The translations under genes and the position numbers were made by a program. Positions 37,382 to 48,445 of a stretch of 64,000 bases of DNA are shown piece by piece. This DNA comes from Alphaproteobacteria bacterium (GTDB lineage: Bacteria; Pseudomonadota; Alphaproteobacteria; CACIAM-22H2). The notes below the pieces were generated by a model that did not search any database, was not told where the DNA came from, and saw nothing but the letters and a program-made list of their open reading frames with translations. Numbering within the stretch: position 1 is the stretch's first letter; each line of letters opens with the position of its first letter. The DNA is taken from positions 12,446 to 76,445 of the forward strand of contig JAWLHE010000013.1 in the NCBI GenBank assembly GCA_041690495.1, given 5' to 3'.

Positions 37382-37561
37382 CCGCGCCGGGTACAGGAAG
37401 GTATCGGCGGCCATCCGGCAGGCGACGCCCGTATAGGTTGAGAGACGTACCGAGCGGCCCGTGGCGCGTCAGGTCCAGCGGGCATCCCGACCGTGGCGAC
37501 GATAAACCGGACCTGACCTATATATCGCTGTTTCTGACGTTCCGATCGCTAGATGTTCTAG

Positions 37562-37587
37562 AAGCAACACCTAAGCGCAACGGCCCA
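37562..37587 (-). repeat. Right terminal inverted repeat
   Basis: Reverse complement TGGGCCGTTGCGCTTAGGTGTTGCTT. Confidence 0.85.
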
Positions 37588-37632
37588 CCCCGCCGGCGGG
37601 CGTTTTGCTTCCGGCCCGTCACGCGCCTCTTT

Positions 37633-37814
37633 ATTCATTGTCACCCGCATTCATTGTCACCCGCGGGCATCACCCGCGGGTCCGCGGCGGACTCGCCGCC
37701 GGTGCGACCGGCCTGGATGCCCGGGTCAAGCCCGGGCATGACAGTGAGGGAGAAGGGCCGACGCATCTCTCTCCTTGTCTCTTCTTGTCACCCGCGGACC
37801 TGGTCCGGGGGCCG
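37633..37814. repeat. REP-like family A copies with a 16-bp tandem duplication
   Basis: ATTCATTGTCACCCGC twice (37633-37664); element 37655-37743 ends CCCGGGTCAAGCCCGGGCATGACA; half copy at 37787. Confidence 0.7.
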
Positions 37815-38020
37815 GGGGCGGCCGTGGAAAGCAGAAGGAAGGGGGGGCGGACCGGCGAACTGCAGACCGCGATGAAGCAATGAAGCACCCGCGCGAAGAT
37901 GCTGCGGATTCAAGGGGCTGGGCGCTTCGGCCGCTTCGCCGCCGGGCGCCGGGTGAAGCGGGCGGCCGCGGCACCGGGACGCAAAGAGGCGCGCGCCGGG
38001 CGAACGGTCGGTCCGGCTGA

Positions 38021-38078
38021 AACGGCGCAACGGCGCGAACGGTCGCAACGGGTGAAACGGCCGCAACGGGCCGAACGG
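38021..38078. repeat. Degenerate 9-bp tandem repeat with AACGG core
   Basis: AACGG at 38021, 38029, 38038, 38047, 38056, 38065 and 38074. Confidence 0.8.
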
Positions 38079-38261
38079 CGCAAGCCGGCGAAGCGGCGAA
38101 GCGGCCGCCGGGCGCGCGGGCCGGGCCGGGCGGACCGGCCTTCCCCCGCGCCCGCCTTCGCCCCCGTTCCGCCTCCCCGCCCGCGCGGAAAGAAAAGCGG
38201 GGCCGCCGGGCGGGGCGGCCCCGCAGTCGCCGGGGGCCAGGAGAGGTCGTGCTTCTTCTTG

Positions 38262-39428
<1,167 letters not shown>

Positions 39429-39760
39429 CTCCCGCTGCGCGGGCCGCCCGGCGCGTCGCCTTACGGGCCCGTGCCGGCAATGGATGCGTTCGACTGTCTC
39501 GCGATCGTCGTCTCCGCCCTCGAACCCGAGCGCCGCGGACGGAAACTGGTTAATCGCGGGACGCCGCCACGCCGCGTCCATCGCCATTCTCCCATTTTCC
39601 TCCGCGGGGTCAATCTCATTCTATAGTTAACACATTGAAATTACTGGATAATTCTTGAATAATCCGCGCCGAATTTGCGGCAAAAGCCGGACATCGCCGG
39701 TTCGCGACGCCGGCCCAGCGGGTTAGGTATCGGATCGCCGTGAGCGACTCGCGCGGCGGC

Positions 39761-40804
39761 TCAGGCCGCCGCCACGGCGTGCCGGCGCGCGCTGGCGAGG
39801 AACGACGCGACGTGCTGCGGGTCGGTGTCGAACGCGGTGACCAGCCGCAGCAGCGTCGTGCCCGGCCCGTGCCAGCGATAGAACTTGAAGCCGTCGGCCT
39901 CGAGCCCGCTCACCACTTTCTCCGGCAGGGTGACGAAGATCTCGTTGGCCTCGACCGGATGCGCGAGCTTCGCGCCGCCGATGGCGGCGAGCCCCTGCGC
40001 CAGGGCCGCCGCCTGCTGGTTGGCGTGGCGCGCGCTGGCGAGCCACAGATCGCCGGCGAGATAGGCGTCGAACTGCGCGGCGAGGAAGCGCATCTTCGAC
40101 CACAGATGGCCGCCGCGCTTGCGGCGGAAGCCGAGCCCCTCGGCGCGGCGCGGATCGAAGAACACGATCGCCTCCGCGGCGAAGGCGCCGTTCTTGGTGG
40201 CGCCGAACGACAGCGCGTCGACGCCGCAGCGCCAGGTCAGCTCCGCCGGCGAGCAGCCGGCATGGACCAGCGCGTTGGCGAAGCGGGCACCATCCATGTG
40301 CAGCGCGAGGCCATGGCGCCGCGCCACCTCGGCCAGCGCGGCGATGTCGGCAGGGCGGTAGATCGTCCCCGCCTCGGTCGCCTGGGTGATGCTCACCGCC
40401 GCCGGCTGCGAATGGTGCACGACGCCAGCACCGCCCGCTTTGATCGCGCGGTCGAGATCGTCGGGCGCGATGCGGCCGTGCGGCCCCGGAACGCCGATCA
40501 GCTTGGCGCCGCCGGTGAAGAACTCGGGCGCGCCGCACTCGTCCATGTTGATGTGGGATTCGGGATGGCAGAACACCGCGCCGTAATTCGGCGCCAGCGC
40601 CGCCAGCGACAGCGCGTTGGCCGACGTGCCGGTGCCGACCAGCAGCACGGCGCAGTCGCGCTCGAAGACGTCGGCGATCTTCTGCTCGACGCGGCGCGTC
40701 AGGTCGTCGTTGCCGTAGGGCATCGCCGCGCCGCGGTTGGCCGCCGCCAGCGCGTCGAGAATCTTCGGGTGCACGCCGGCGGTGTTGTCGCTGCAGAAAT
40801 TCAT
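39761..40804 (-). CDS. ltaE: Low-specificity L-threonine aldolase
   Basis: MNFCSDN, HINMDECGAPE, HMDGARFANA, SFGATKNG. Confidence 0.92.
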   Translation of the reverse strand: MNFCSDNTAGVHPKILDALAAANRGAAMPYGNDDLTRRVEQKIADVFERDCAVLLVGTGTSANALSLAALAPNYGAVFCHPESHINMDECGAPEFFTGGAKLIGVPGPHGRIAPDDLDRAIKAGGAGVVHHSQPAAVSITQATEAGTIYRPADIAALAEVARRHGLALHMDGARFANALVHAGCSPAELTWRCGVDALSFGATKNGAFAAEAIVFFDPRRAEGLGFRRKRGGHLWSKMRFLAAQFDAYLAGDLWLASARHANQQAAALAQGLAAIGGAKLAHPVEANEIFVTLPEKVVSGLEADGFKFYRWHGPGTTLLRLVTAFDTDPQHVASFLASARRHAVAAA

Positions 40805-41292
40805 GACGCGTCCTCGCTGCGATCCTCGGGCAATATGCGGACAGGATACGGCTTCCAGTCGGTGGTGCGGAATGCCAGCTCGCGGAACTGGCGGCCGCCA
40901 TGGTCGAGAATGTGGGCGCTGACATGCACCGCCTGGGGCGGCGCGTCGCCGCCGCCGGCGACGCTGACGATGAACCAGACCAGCTCCTCGCCCCATGCCG
41001 CCTCGAGATCGACCGCCGAAGGCTGCGCCGAGGCGTCGGGATGCGAATGGTAGAGGCCGACGACGCGCGTCGGCCCGCCGCGATGCGCGCGCGTCACGTC
41101 GACCCAGAGCTGCGGGTCGATCTCGAAGCGGTCGCGCGCCTTGCCGAGATTGCGGCTCGGCACCGCGCGGTTGATCTCGATGTCGCCGTTCTTGTGCTGG
41201 ACGCCGAGCAGCAGGCCGCAGCATTCGCCGGGATAGACCGCCTCGGCGGCGTCGGCGATCCGGCGCAGCTCGGCCCGGCCGATCAGGATCAC
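40801..41292 (-). CDS. Mov34/MPN/JAB (M67) metallopeptidase
   Basis: YPGECCGLL and YHSHPDASAQPSAVD JAMM motif; GTG start overlaps the upstream stop. Confidence 0.92.
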   Translation of the reverse strand: MILIGRAELRRIADAAEAVYPGECCGLLLGVQHKNGDIEINRAVPSRNLGKARDRFEIDPQLWVDVTRAHRGGPTRVVGLYHSHPDASAQPSAVDLEAAWGEELVWFIVSVAGGGDAPPQAVHVSAHILDHGGRQFRELAFRTTDWKPYPVRILPEDRSEDAS

Positions 41293-41639
41293 GGCTTCGC
41301 CTCGACGGCAACCGTGCCGAGCAGGATGCCGCGGCCCGGATCGATCACCAGCAGGCGCTCGTCGCGGCGCTCCTCGCCGGTCGCCACGTGCAGCACGACC
41401 AGATCGCCGGCGCTGGTGACGCCGAGCACGCGCGTGCCCGCCGGCTGGCCGAGCGCCAGCGTCTCCCACGGCGCATGGTCGGCGACGGCCCCGGGCGGCG
41501 TTGCCAGCGGCGCCTGCGCGGGCGGCTCCTGCGGCCCGGCCAGCCGCTCGGCCTGGCGCAGGATGCCCCAGATCAGGCCGGCAAAGCCGAGCAGCAGCAG
41601 GATGGTGAGAACGACGACGAGGGCCTTGAGTGCGCGCAT
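41289..41639 (-). CDS. Membrane-anchored hypothetical protein (DUF6476-like)
   Basis: MRALKALVVVLTILLLLGF...LLVIDPGRGILLG. Confidence 0.75.
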   Translation of the reverse strand: MRALKALVVVLTILLLLGFAGLIWGILRQAERLAGPQEPPAQAPLATPPGAVADHAPWETLALGQPAGTRVLGVTSAGDLVVLHVATGEERRDERLLVIDPGRGILLGTVAVEAKP

Positions 41640-41708
41640 CTTCGATGGTCAGCAGCTTCGCCGGTGGTGTAACAGAAATTCGAGATTCAGGGTACGAGGG
41701 CGAATGCC

Positions 41709-42707
41709 GTGGCCGGGACCCAGCCAATCCACGTGACGATCGACGAATCGCAGGCCGGCGAGCGGCTCGACCGCGCGCTCCTGGCGGCGCTTGCCGGCGG
41801 CGTGCCTGCCCTGTCGCGAACGCGCGTCAAGGGGCTGATCGAATCCGGCGCCGTCGAGCTCGCGGCGGATCCGGCCCGTTTCGAAGCGGTAACCGACCCG
41901 TCGCGGCGCGTCCGGCCGGGACAAACTTTCGCCATCAAGATTCCCGAAGCTCGACCGCTCGATGTCGAGGCGCAGGAGATCCCGCTCGACATCGTGTATG
42001 AGGATGCGGACGTGATCGTCGTCGACAAGCCTGCGGGCATGGTCGTCCACCCCGCCCCCGGCAACCCGGACCGTACGCTTGTCAATGCGCTGATCGCGCA
42101 TTGCGGTGCCTCGCTCAAGGGGATCGGCGGCGTGCAGCGGCCCGGCATCGTGCACCGGCTCGACAAGGGCACAAGCGGTCTGATGGTCGCGGCCAAGACC
42201 GAGGAAGCGCACCAGTCGCTGGTGGCGCAGTTCGCCGCACGCAAGGTCGAGCGCATCTATGCGGCCCTGGTGTGGGGCGTGCCGCAGCCGCGGCAGGGCG
42301 AAATCCGCGGCGCGATCGGCCGCAGCCGCAGCGACCGCAAGAAGATGGCGGTGCTGAAGTCGGGCGGACGTCCGGCCCTGACCCGATATGCCGTGAAGCG
42401 CGTTTATATGGAGGGTGCCATCAGCCTGCTCGACTGCCGTCTCGCCACCGGCCGCACGCATCAGATTCGCGTGCACCTGACCGAGATCGGCCACCCGCTG
42501 GTCGGCGATCCGGTCTACGGCCGCGTCCGGGCGCGCAGACGCGCCCTGCCGCCGCAGGCGGCCGCCGCGGTTGAAGGATTCGGCCGACAGGCGCTCGACG
42601 CCTATGTGCTTGGCTTTTTGCACCCGCGAACGGGCGAGGCCTTGAAGTTTGAAAAGAAATTACCACATGACTTCAACACACTAGTGACTACACTAGAAAG
42701 TGTTTAA
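41709..42707 (+). CDS. rluD: RluA/RluD pseudouridine synthase
   Basis: S4 domain, KPAGMVVHP, PGIVHRLDKGTSG, TGRTHQIRVH. Confidence 0.95.
   Translation: MAGTQPIHVTIDESQAGERLDRALLAALAGGVPALSRTRVKGLIESGAVELAADPARFEAVTDPSRRVRPGQTFAIKIPEARPLDVEAQEIPLDIVYEDADVIVVDKPAGMVVHPAPGNPDRTLVNALIAHCGASLKGIGGVQRPGIVHRLDKGTSGLMVAAKTEEAHQSLVAQFAARKVERIYAALVWGVPQPRQGEIRGAIGRSRSDRKKMAVLKSGGRPALTRYAVKRVYMEGAISLLDCRLATGRTHQIRVHLTEIGHPLVGDPVYGRVRARRRALPPQAAAAVEGFGRQALDAYVLGFLHPRTGEALKFEKKLPHDFNTLVTTLESV
42641..42668 (+). promoter_or_regulatory. Possible sigma32 promoter for rpoH
   Basis: CTTGAA-N16-CCACAT within the 3' end of rluD. Confidence 0.4.
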
Positions 42708-42832
42708 CTCAGGGTGGGAAACTTTCCGCAATTGGCGTATTATCCAACGGACATGGGGCGGCAGGCTGCCGCATCGCTCTGAAAATGCATGACGCCAGCG
42801 TGGATACAAAGGTGAAGGGACAGGCAAAGAGA

Positions 42833-43732
42833 ATGGCTTCGACACTTCCAGCTCTCAGCGGTGAAGGGAACCTCGGGCGGTATCTGCAGGAGATCCGCAA
42901 GTTCCCGATGCTTGAGCCTGAGGAGGAGTACATGCTTGCCAAGAGCTGGCGCGAGCACGGCGACAGCGAGGCGGCGCATCGGCTCGTCACCAGCCATCTG
43001 CGTCTCGTGGCCAAGATCGCGATGGGCTATCGCGGCTACGGCCTGCCGCTGTCCGAGCTGATCTCCGAAGGCAATGTCGGCATGATGCAGGCGGTCAAGC
43101 GCTTCGACCCGGAGCGCGGCTTCCGGCTTGCCACCTATGCGATGTGGTGGATCCGCGCCGCGATCCAGGAATACATCCTGCACTCGTGGTCACTGGTGAA
43201 GATGGGCACGACGGCGGCGCAGAAGAAGCTGTTCTTCAACCTGCGCAAGATCAAGAGCCAGATGAAGGCGATCGAGGAAGGCGAACTGCCGCCCGACACC
43301 GTCAAGGCGATCGCCAAGCAGCTCGACGTGCCGGAGCAGGACGTCATCCAGATGAACCGGCGGCTGGCGAGCGGCGACCATTCGCTCAACGCGCCGCTCC
43401 GCGAGGAAGGCGAAGGCGAGTGGCAGGACTGGCTGGTCGATGAATCGGACAGCCAGGAGACGAAGCTCGGCGAGAGCGAGGAGCTCAAGCGGCGCCAGCG
43501 CATGCTGAGCCAGGCAATGCGCGGACTGAACGAGCGCGAGCGCTATATCCTGACGGAGCGCCGGCTGCGCGACGATCCGACCACGCTCGAGGACCTGTCG
43601 CAGAAGTACGGCATCAGCCGCGAGCGCGTGCGCCAGATCGAGGTGCGCGCCTTCGAGAAGCTGCAGAAGTCGATGAAGACCCAGGTCGCCGAGCAGACCA
43701 AGAGCGAGGCCGCCGCGCAAACGCGGCACTGA
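42833..43732 (+). CDS. rpoH: RNA polymerase sigma factor RpoH
   Basis: RpoH box GTTAAQKKLFFNLRK; SRERVRQIE. Confidence 0.97.
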   Translation: MASTLPALSGEGNLGRYLQEIRKFPMLEPEEEYMLAKSWREHGDSEAAHRLVTSHLRLVAKIAMGYRGYGLPLSELISEGNVGMMQAVKRFDPERGFRLATYAMWWIRAAIQEYILHSWSLVKMGTTAAQKKLFFNLRKIKSQMKAIEEGELPPDTVKAIAKQLDVPEQDVIQMNRRLASGDHSLNAPLREEGEGEWQDWLVDESDSQETKLGESEELKRRQRMLSQAMRGLNERERYILTERRLRDDPTTLEDLSQKYGISRERVRQIEVRAFEKLQKSMKTQVAEQTKSEAAAQTRH

Positions 43733-43749
43733 TCGCCGCGAGTTTCTCG

Positions 43750-43780
43750 CAGGGCGGGGCCATCCCCGCCCTGTTTCGTT
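43750..43780 (+). terminator. Rho-independent terminator of rpoH
   Basis: CAGGGCGGGG-loop-CCCCGCCCTG followed by TTTCGTT. Confidence 0.8.
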
Positions 43781-43835
43781 CCAGCGAAGCGGCGCCGCCC
43801 GTGCGCGGGCGCGAACCTGGCCTCCCCTCACTTGG

Positions 43836-44858
43836 TCAGGTCATCCCGAAGGTCACCATGCGGTGTCGTTCCTCGTCGTACAAGGCGAAGGACAAGGACC
43901 TGAGTCCGCTCCTGATCGTCAGCGTCTGGACGACCTGAAGCGCCGGTATCGCCTCGTGGCAGGCTTGAAGGCGATAATTCGGAATGCGCGGGTTCAGGTG
44001 GTGAACATGATGAAACCCGATATTCGCGGTGAACCACTGCAGGATTCGAGGCAGGCGCAGATGGGACGAGCCTCGCAGCGACGCGGCGTCAAAGCTCCAT
44101 TGCGCCTGTCTCTGCCAGAGTGCTGTCTCAAAGCGGTGTTGCACCGAGAAGACCCACACACCGACCACCGACGCGATCACCATGATCGGCAGCTGTACGA
44201 CGAGCACGCGCTCGAATCCGAGCAGAAACCCCAATCCGCCTAGCGTCGCCGCGATTGCCACGTTGGTCCCGTAGACAGCGAGCCGCTCGTATCGCCACGA
44301 CGCCGGCGTATCGAATGGCAGGCGGTAAAGCAGCAGAAAGACCAGCGGCGGCAGCACGATCGACGACACCAACGGATGGCGGGTCAAACGGTAGAAAAGC
44401 CGGGCCGTCGGCTTCAGCGCTCGATATTCGGACACGGTCAGGCAGGACGAGTATATGTCGGCGCCGCTCAGCCGCCGGTCGAGATTGTTCCAGTTTGCGT
44501 GATGCCCGGCGTGCTGGCGGCGCCAGTGCGCGTACGGCGTAAGCGTGACGAGGCTGCAGATCAGGCCGAGCGCATCATTGGCGCGGCGCGATCTGAAGAA
44601 CGAGCCGTGCCCGCAGTCGTGCTGAATCACGAAGATACGGACGACAAAGCCGGCGCCGAGGACGGCCAGAGACAGCGTCAACCAGTACGAGACCGCGACG
44701 CTCGAATACATCAGCGCACAGATGGCGATGAACGGAATCAGGGACGAGCCGGCCTGCCAAAGGCTTTTCCAGAGCACGGGCGCCTGGAATCGTGCTGCCG
44801 CCGTTCGCAGGTCGCTGACGTCGGGTCGTGCCACATGACGATAACGGCGTTCTTTCAT
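43836..44858 (-). CDS. Membrane fatty acid desaturase
   Basis: His boxes HDCGH, HAGHH and HHVHH. Confidence 0.93.
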   Translation of the reverse strand: MKERRYRHVARPDVSDLRTAAARFQAPVLWKSLWQAGSSLIPFIAICALMYSSVAVSYWLTLSLAVLGAGFVVRIFVIQHDCGHGSFFRSRRANDALGLICSLVTLTPYAHWRRQHAGHHANWNNLDRRLSGADIYSSCLTVSEYRALKPTARLFYRLTRHPLVSSIVLPPLVFLLLYRLPFDTPASWRYERLAVYGTNVAIAATLGGLGFLLGFERVLVVQLPIMVIASVVGVWVFSVQHRFETALWQRQAQWSFDAASLRGSSHLRLPRILQWFTANIGFHHVHHLNPRIPNYRLQACHEAIPALQVVQTLTIRSGLRSLSFALYDEERHRMVTFGMT

Positions 44859-44919
44859 TCTGGCTTTCCGGCAACGCTATCGTGACGCAAAAAAGCTGTA
44901 CACTCATCTGAGCAAGTCT

Positions 44920-46077
44920 TCAGTTGTGCGTTGGAAACTCGACGATCACTGTCGTTCCCCCGAAGGCGCCCGCGCTGCGCATGATCGTTCCACCGATGCT
45001 TCGTGCAAGCGAATTCATGATGTCGGTGCCGGACGCGCCGCGAGTGCATCTGGAAGGACCGACTCCGTCGTCGAGAACGGAGACCCGCGCGCGCTTCTCA
45101 GAAATGAGATTCAACCTGACATGAATTCTGCCGTGCCCGTGCGGAAAGGCGTGCTTCAGGCAGTTCGTGACCGCCTCGTTCACGATGAGACCGATCGGCA
45201 GCGCCGTGCCGTGATCGGCCTTCACGGGAAGCAACTCCGTCTCCATCCGGATCCCCGGCGGCGTCATGATGTCCGCGCACAAACCGGCAAGATAGATATC
45301 CAGGTCGGCATTGCCGCCTAACCTCGCATCGTCCAGGCGGGCGTGAGCCTTGCCGATCGCGACAACGCGCCGCGTCACGCGCTCCAGCGCCGCAAGGACC
45401 GACCGCTCCTTCGTCTCCCGCACCTCGGCGTTGAGCGTCGATAGGATTGTCTGCAGGCCATTGGCCATTCGGTGCCGCATCTCGCACAGCATGGTGGTGT
45501 GCTCGGCCGCGCTCGCCGCGCCCAATTTCCTGACGGCCGCAATGTCAGCCGCCGCACTCGCCCGCATCACCGCCAGGCCGATCAGATTGGCGATTGCACG
45601 CAGAAAAAATTCGGAGTCGGCCGGAAACCGCCGGCCTGTTTCGCTTTCGACCTCGAGCGAACCGAAGATGCCGTTGCTGATCCTGATAGGCACATAGAGC
45701 GGCGACGCGATACCGTGCCTGGTCAGGACTTCATCGGCCATGCCCTGCCCCTCCTCGGAAAGGTCTTCCGCGTACACCGGCAGACCTGTCCTGAAGCTGC
45801 GGCCTGCCGGCGAATTCGCCGCCGTGCGCTCCGGCGATCCGACCGTGCCGGTCCGACAGCCGGTTGCCGCGCAGACCAGCATGTCGTTGAATTCGGGCCG
45901 GTATCTCATCAACCTGCAGCGCTCGGCACCGGTGCCTTCTGCAGTCTTGACGACCGCATCGTCGAAGACATCCTGGAGAGTCGCCGTGTTCAGGACCGTG
46001 TCGCCGAATTCGACAATCAGCGCGTGGCGCTTCAGATGGCCATGCGCGAGCGTATCGGGATGGTCAGCGGCCGCCAT
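44920..46077 (-). CDS. GAF plus HisKA_2 histidine kinase
   Basis: GAF domain; EMRHRMANGLQ, NEAVTNCLKHAF, DDGVG. Confidence 0.88.
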   Translation of the reverse strand: MAAADHPDTLAHGHLKRHALIVEFGDTVLNTATLQDVFDDAVVKTAEGTGAERCRLMRYRPEFNDMLVCAATGCRTGTVGSPERTAANSPAGRSFRTGLPVYAEDLSEEGQGMADEVLTRHGIASPLYVPIRISNGIFGSLEVESETGRRFPADSEFFLRAIANLIGLAVMRASAAADIAAVRKLGAASAAEHTTMLCEMRHRMANGLQTILSTLNAEVRETKERSVLAALERVTRRVVAIGKAHARLDDARLGGNADLDIYLAGLCADIMTPPGIRMETELLPVKADHGTALPIGLIVNEAVTNCLKHAFPHGHGRIHVRLNLISEKRARVSVLDDGVGPSRCTRGASGTDIMNSLARSIGGTIMRSAGAFGGTTVIVEFPTHN

Positions 46078-46121
46078 AAAGCGCCCCTCCCCCTTTTAAC
46101 GCAGAAACTAAGTCATACTTG

Positions 46122-46157
46122 TGGTAGCGATGGGTCTATTGGTAGCGACGGGTCTAT
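46122..46157. repeat. 18-bp tandem direct repeat in divergent promoter region
   Basis: TGGTAGCGATGGGTCTAT followed by TGGTAGCGACGGGTCTAT. Confidence 0.8.
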
Positions 46158-46322
46158 CCTGCGTGTGCAGGCCGAGATCGAAAATGGCGCCACAGCCAGT
46201 CGCGTATGCGGCGCAAGACCAACTATAGCACACGGGCCCAAAGCAGTTAGTCAAATTAGTTTAAGTGGTCAAGCATAGCGCTGGCACGCCGCCGATCTGC
46301 CGGCGCGTCAAGGAAGCCATTC

Positions 46323-47087
46323 ATGCAATTCCACAACTCAAGAGAAGCGATCACCTGCCGCGCTTGTCCATTGCGCCTGTCGGGCGCGTTCGCGCCGGTC
46401 AGCCGGTCGGAAATTGCGGCATTGCAGGCCTACAAGACCGGCCACCTGGAATTCGCCGCCGGTCGCGACATGCTGCCGCGCGTCGGCAAAGGGCATTTCT
46501 ACACGCTCTTCAGCGGCTGGGCATTCCGCTACGCTCTGGTCGATGGTGGGGAGCGGCAGATCCTGAATTTCCTGCTGCCGGGCGATCTGTTCGGATTCGA
46601 GCGCGTGTTCGGCGCACCGCCGCATTACGGCGTCTTGAGCGCCACGGTCGCCGAGCTATGCGTCTTCCCCGCTGCCGGGTTCGCCAAGTTCGCGGAAGCC
46701 AATCCACGGCTCGCAATGGAGATCGCGCGGCTTGCCTACAGCGATGCGCGCCTTGCCGACCTTCGTATGACGACGCTTGGGCGGCGGCCGGCCGACGCGC
46801 GCACGGCCGCCCTGTTCATCGAGCTCTATGACCGGATGGTCGATCGCAGGATGATCCACGGCGAGGCGATCAGGGTGCCGGTCACGCACGAACAGCTCGC
46901 CGATGCGCTTGGCCTGACCTCGGTCTATGTCAGCCGCACGCTGCAGCTTCTGGACCGGCAGGGGCTGGCGCATTTCGAGCGCGGCACACTGGTGATCCGC
47001 GATCTGAGCGGCCTGCGTGCGCTCGCGGGCGCGAACGGCACCGGCAATGGCGACGGCAACGGCCGATCGCTGCCTCCGCTGCTGTAA
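46323..47087 (+). CDS. Crp/Fnr family transcriptional regulator
   Basis: RQILNFLLPGDLFG, HTH LADALGLTSVYVSRTL, N-terminal CRAC. Confidence 0.92.
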   Translation: MQFHNSREAITCRACPLRLSGAFAPVSRSEIAALQAYKTGHLEFAAGRDMLPRVGKGHFYTLFSGWAFRYALVDGGERQILNFLLPGDLFGFERVFGAPPHYGVLSATVAELCVFPAAGFAKFAEANPRLAMEIARLAYSDARLADLRMTTLGRRPADARTAALFIELYDRMVDRRMIHGEAIRVPVTHEQLADALGLTSVYVSRTLQLLDRQGLAHFERGTLVIRDLSGLRALAGANGTGNGDGNGRSLPPLL

Positions 47088-47110
47088 AGCCCCACGCGCC
47101 CCGCCGCAGG

Positions 47111-48403
<1,293 letters not shown>

Positions 48404-48445
48404 GGTCAGTCTTCCTTGGTCGAGAGATGAGCGAGGACGGTCATG

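Larger units (their letters stand above)
34636..37587 (+). mobile_element. 2952-bp IS/transporter-IS-like element with TIRs and target-site duplication
   Basis: TIRs at 34636-34661 and 37562-37587 (24/26 identical); CCCCGCCGG direct repeats at 34627-34635 and 37588-37596; carries a transposase-like ORF and a GNAT gene. Confidence 0.85.

Noticed and set aside
36783-37440. Integron gene cassette origin for the GNAT gene
   Set aside because: No attC-like RYYYAAC...GTTRRRY palindrome follows the gene.
38003-38105. CRISPR array
   Set aside because: Period of 8-9 bp with no repeat-spacer structure and no cas genes in the window.
40801-41292. JAB protein as part of a CBASS or ubiquitin-like defence system
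   Set aside because: No E1/E2, ubiquitin-like or cyclase genes nearby; it is translationally coupled within a housekeeping-type operon with ltaE.
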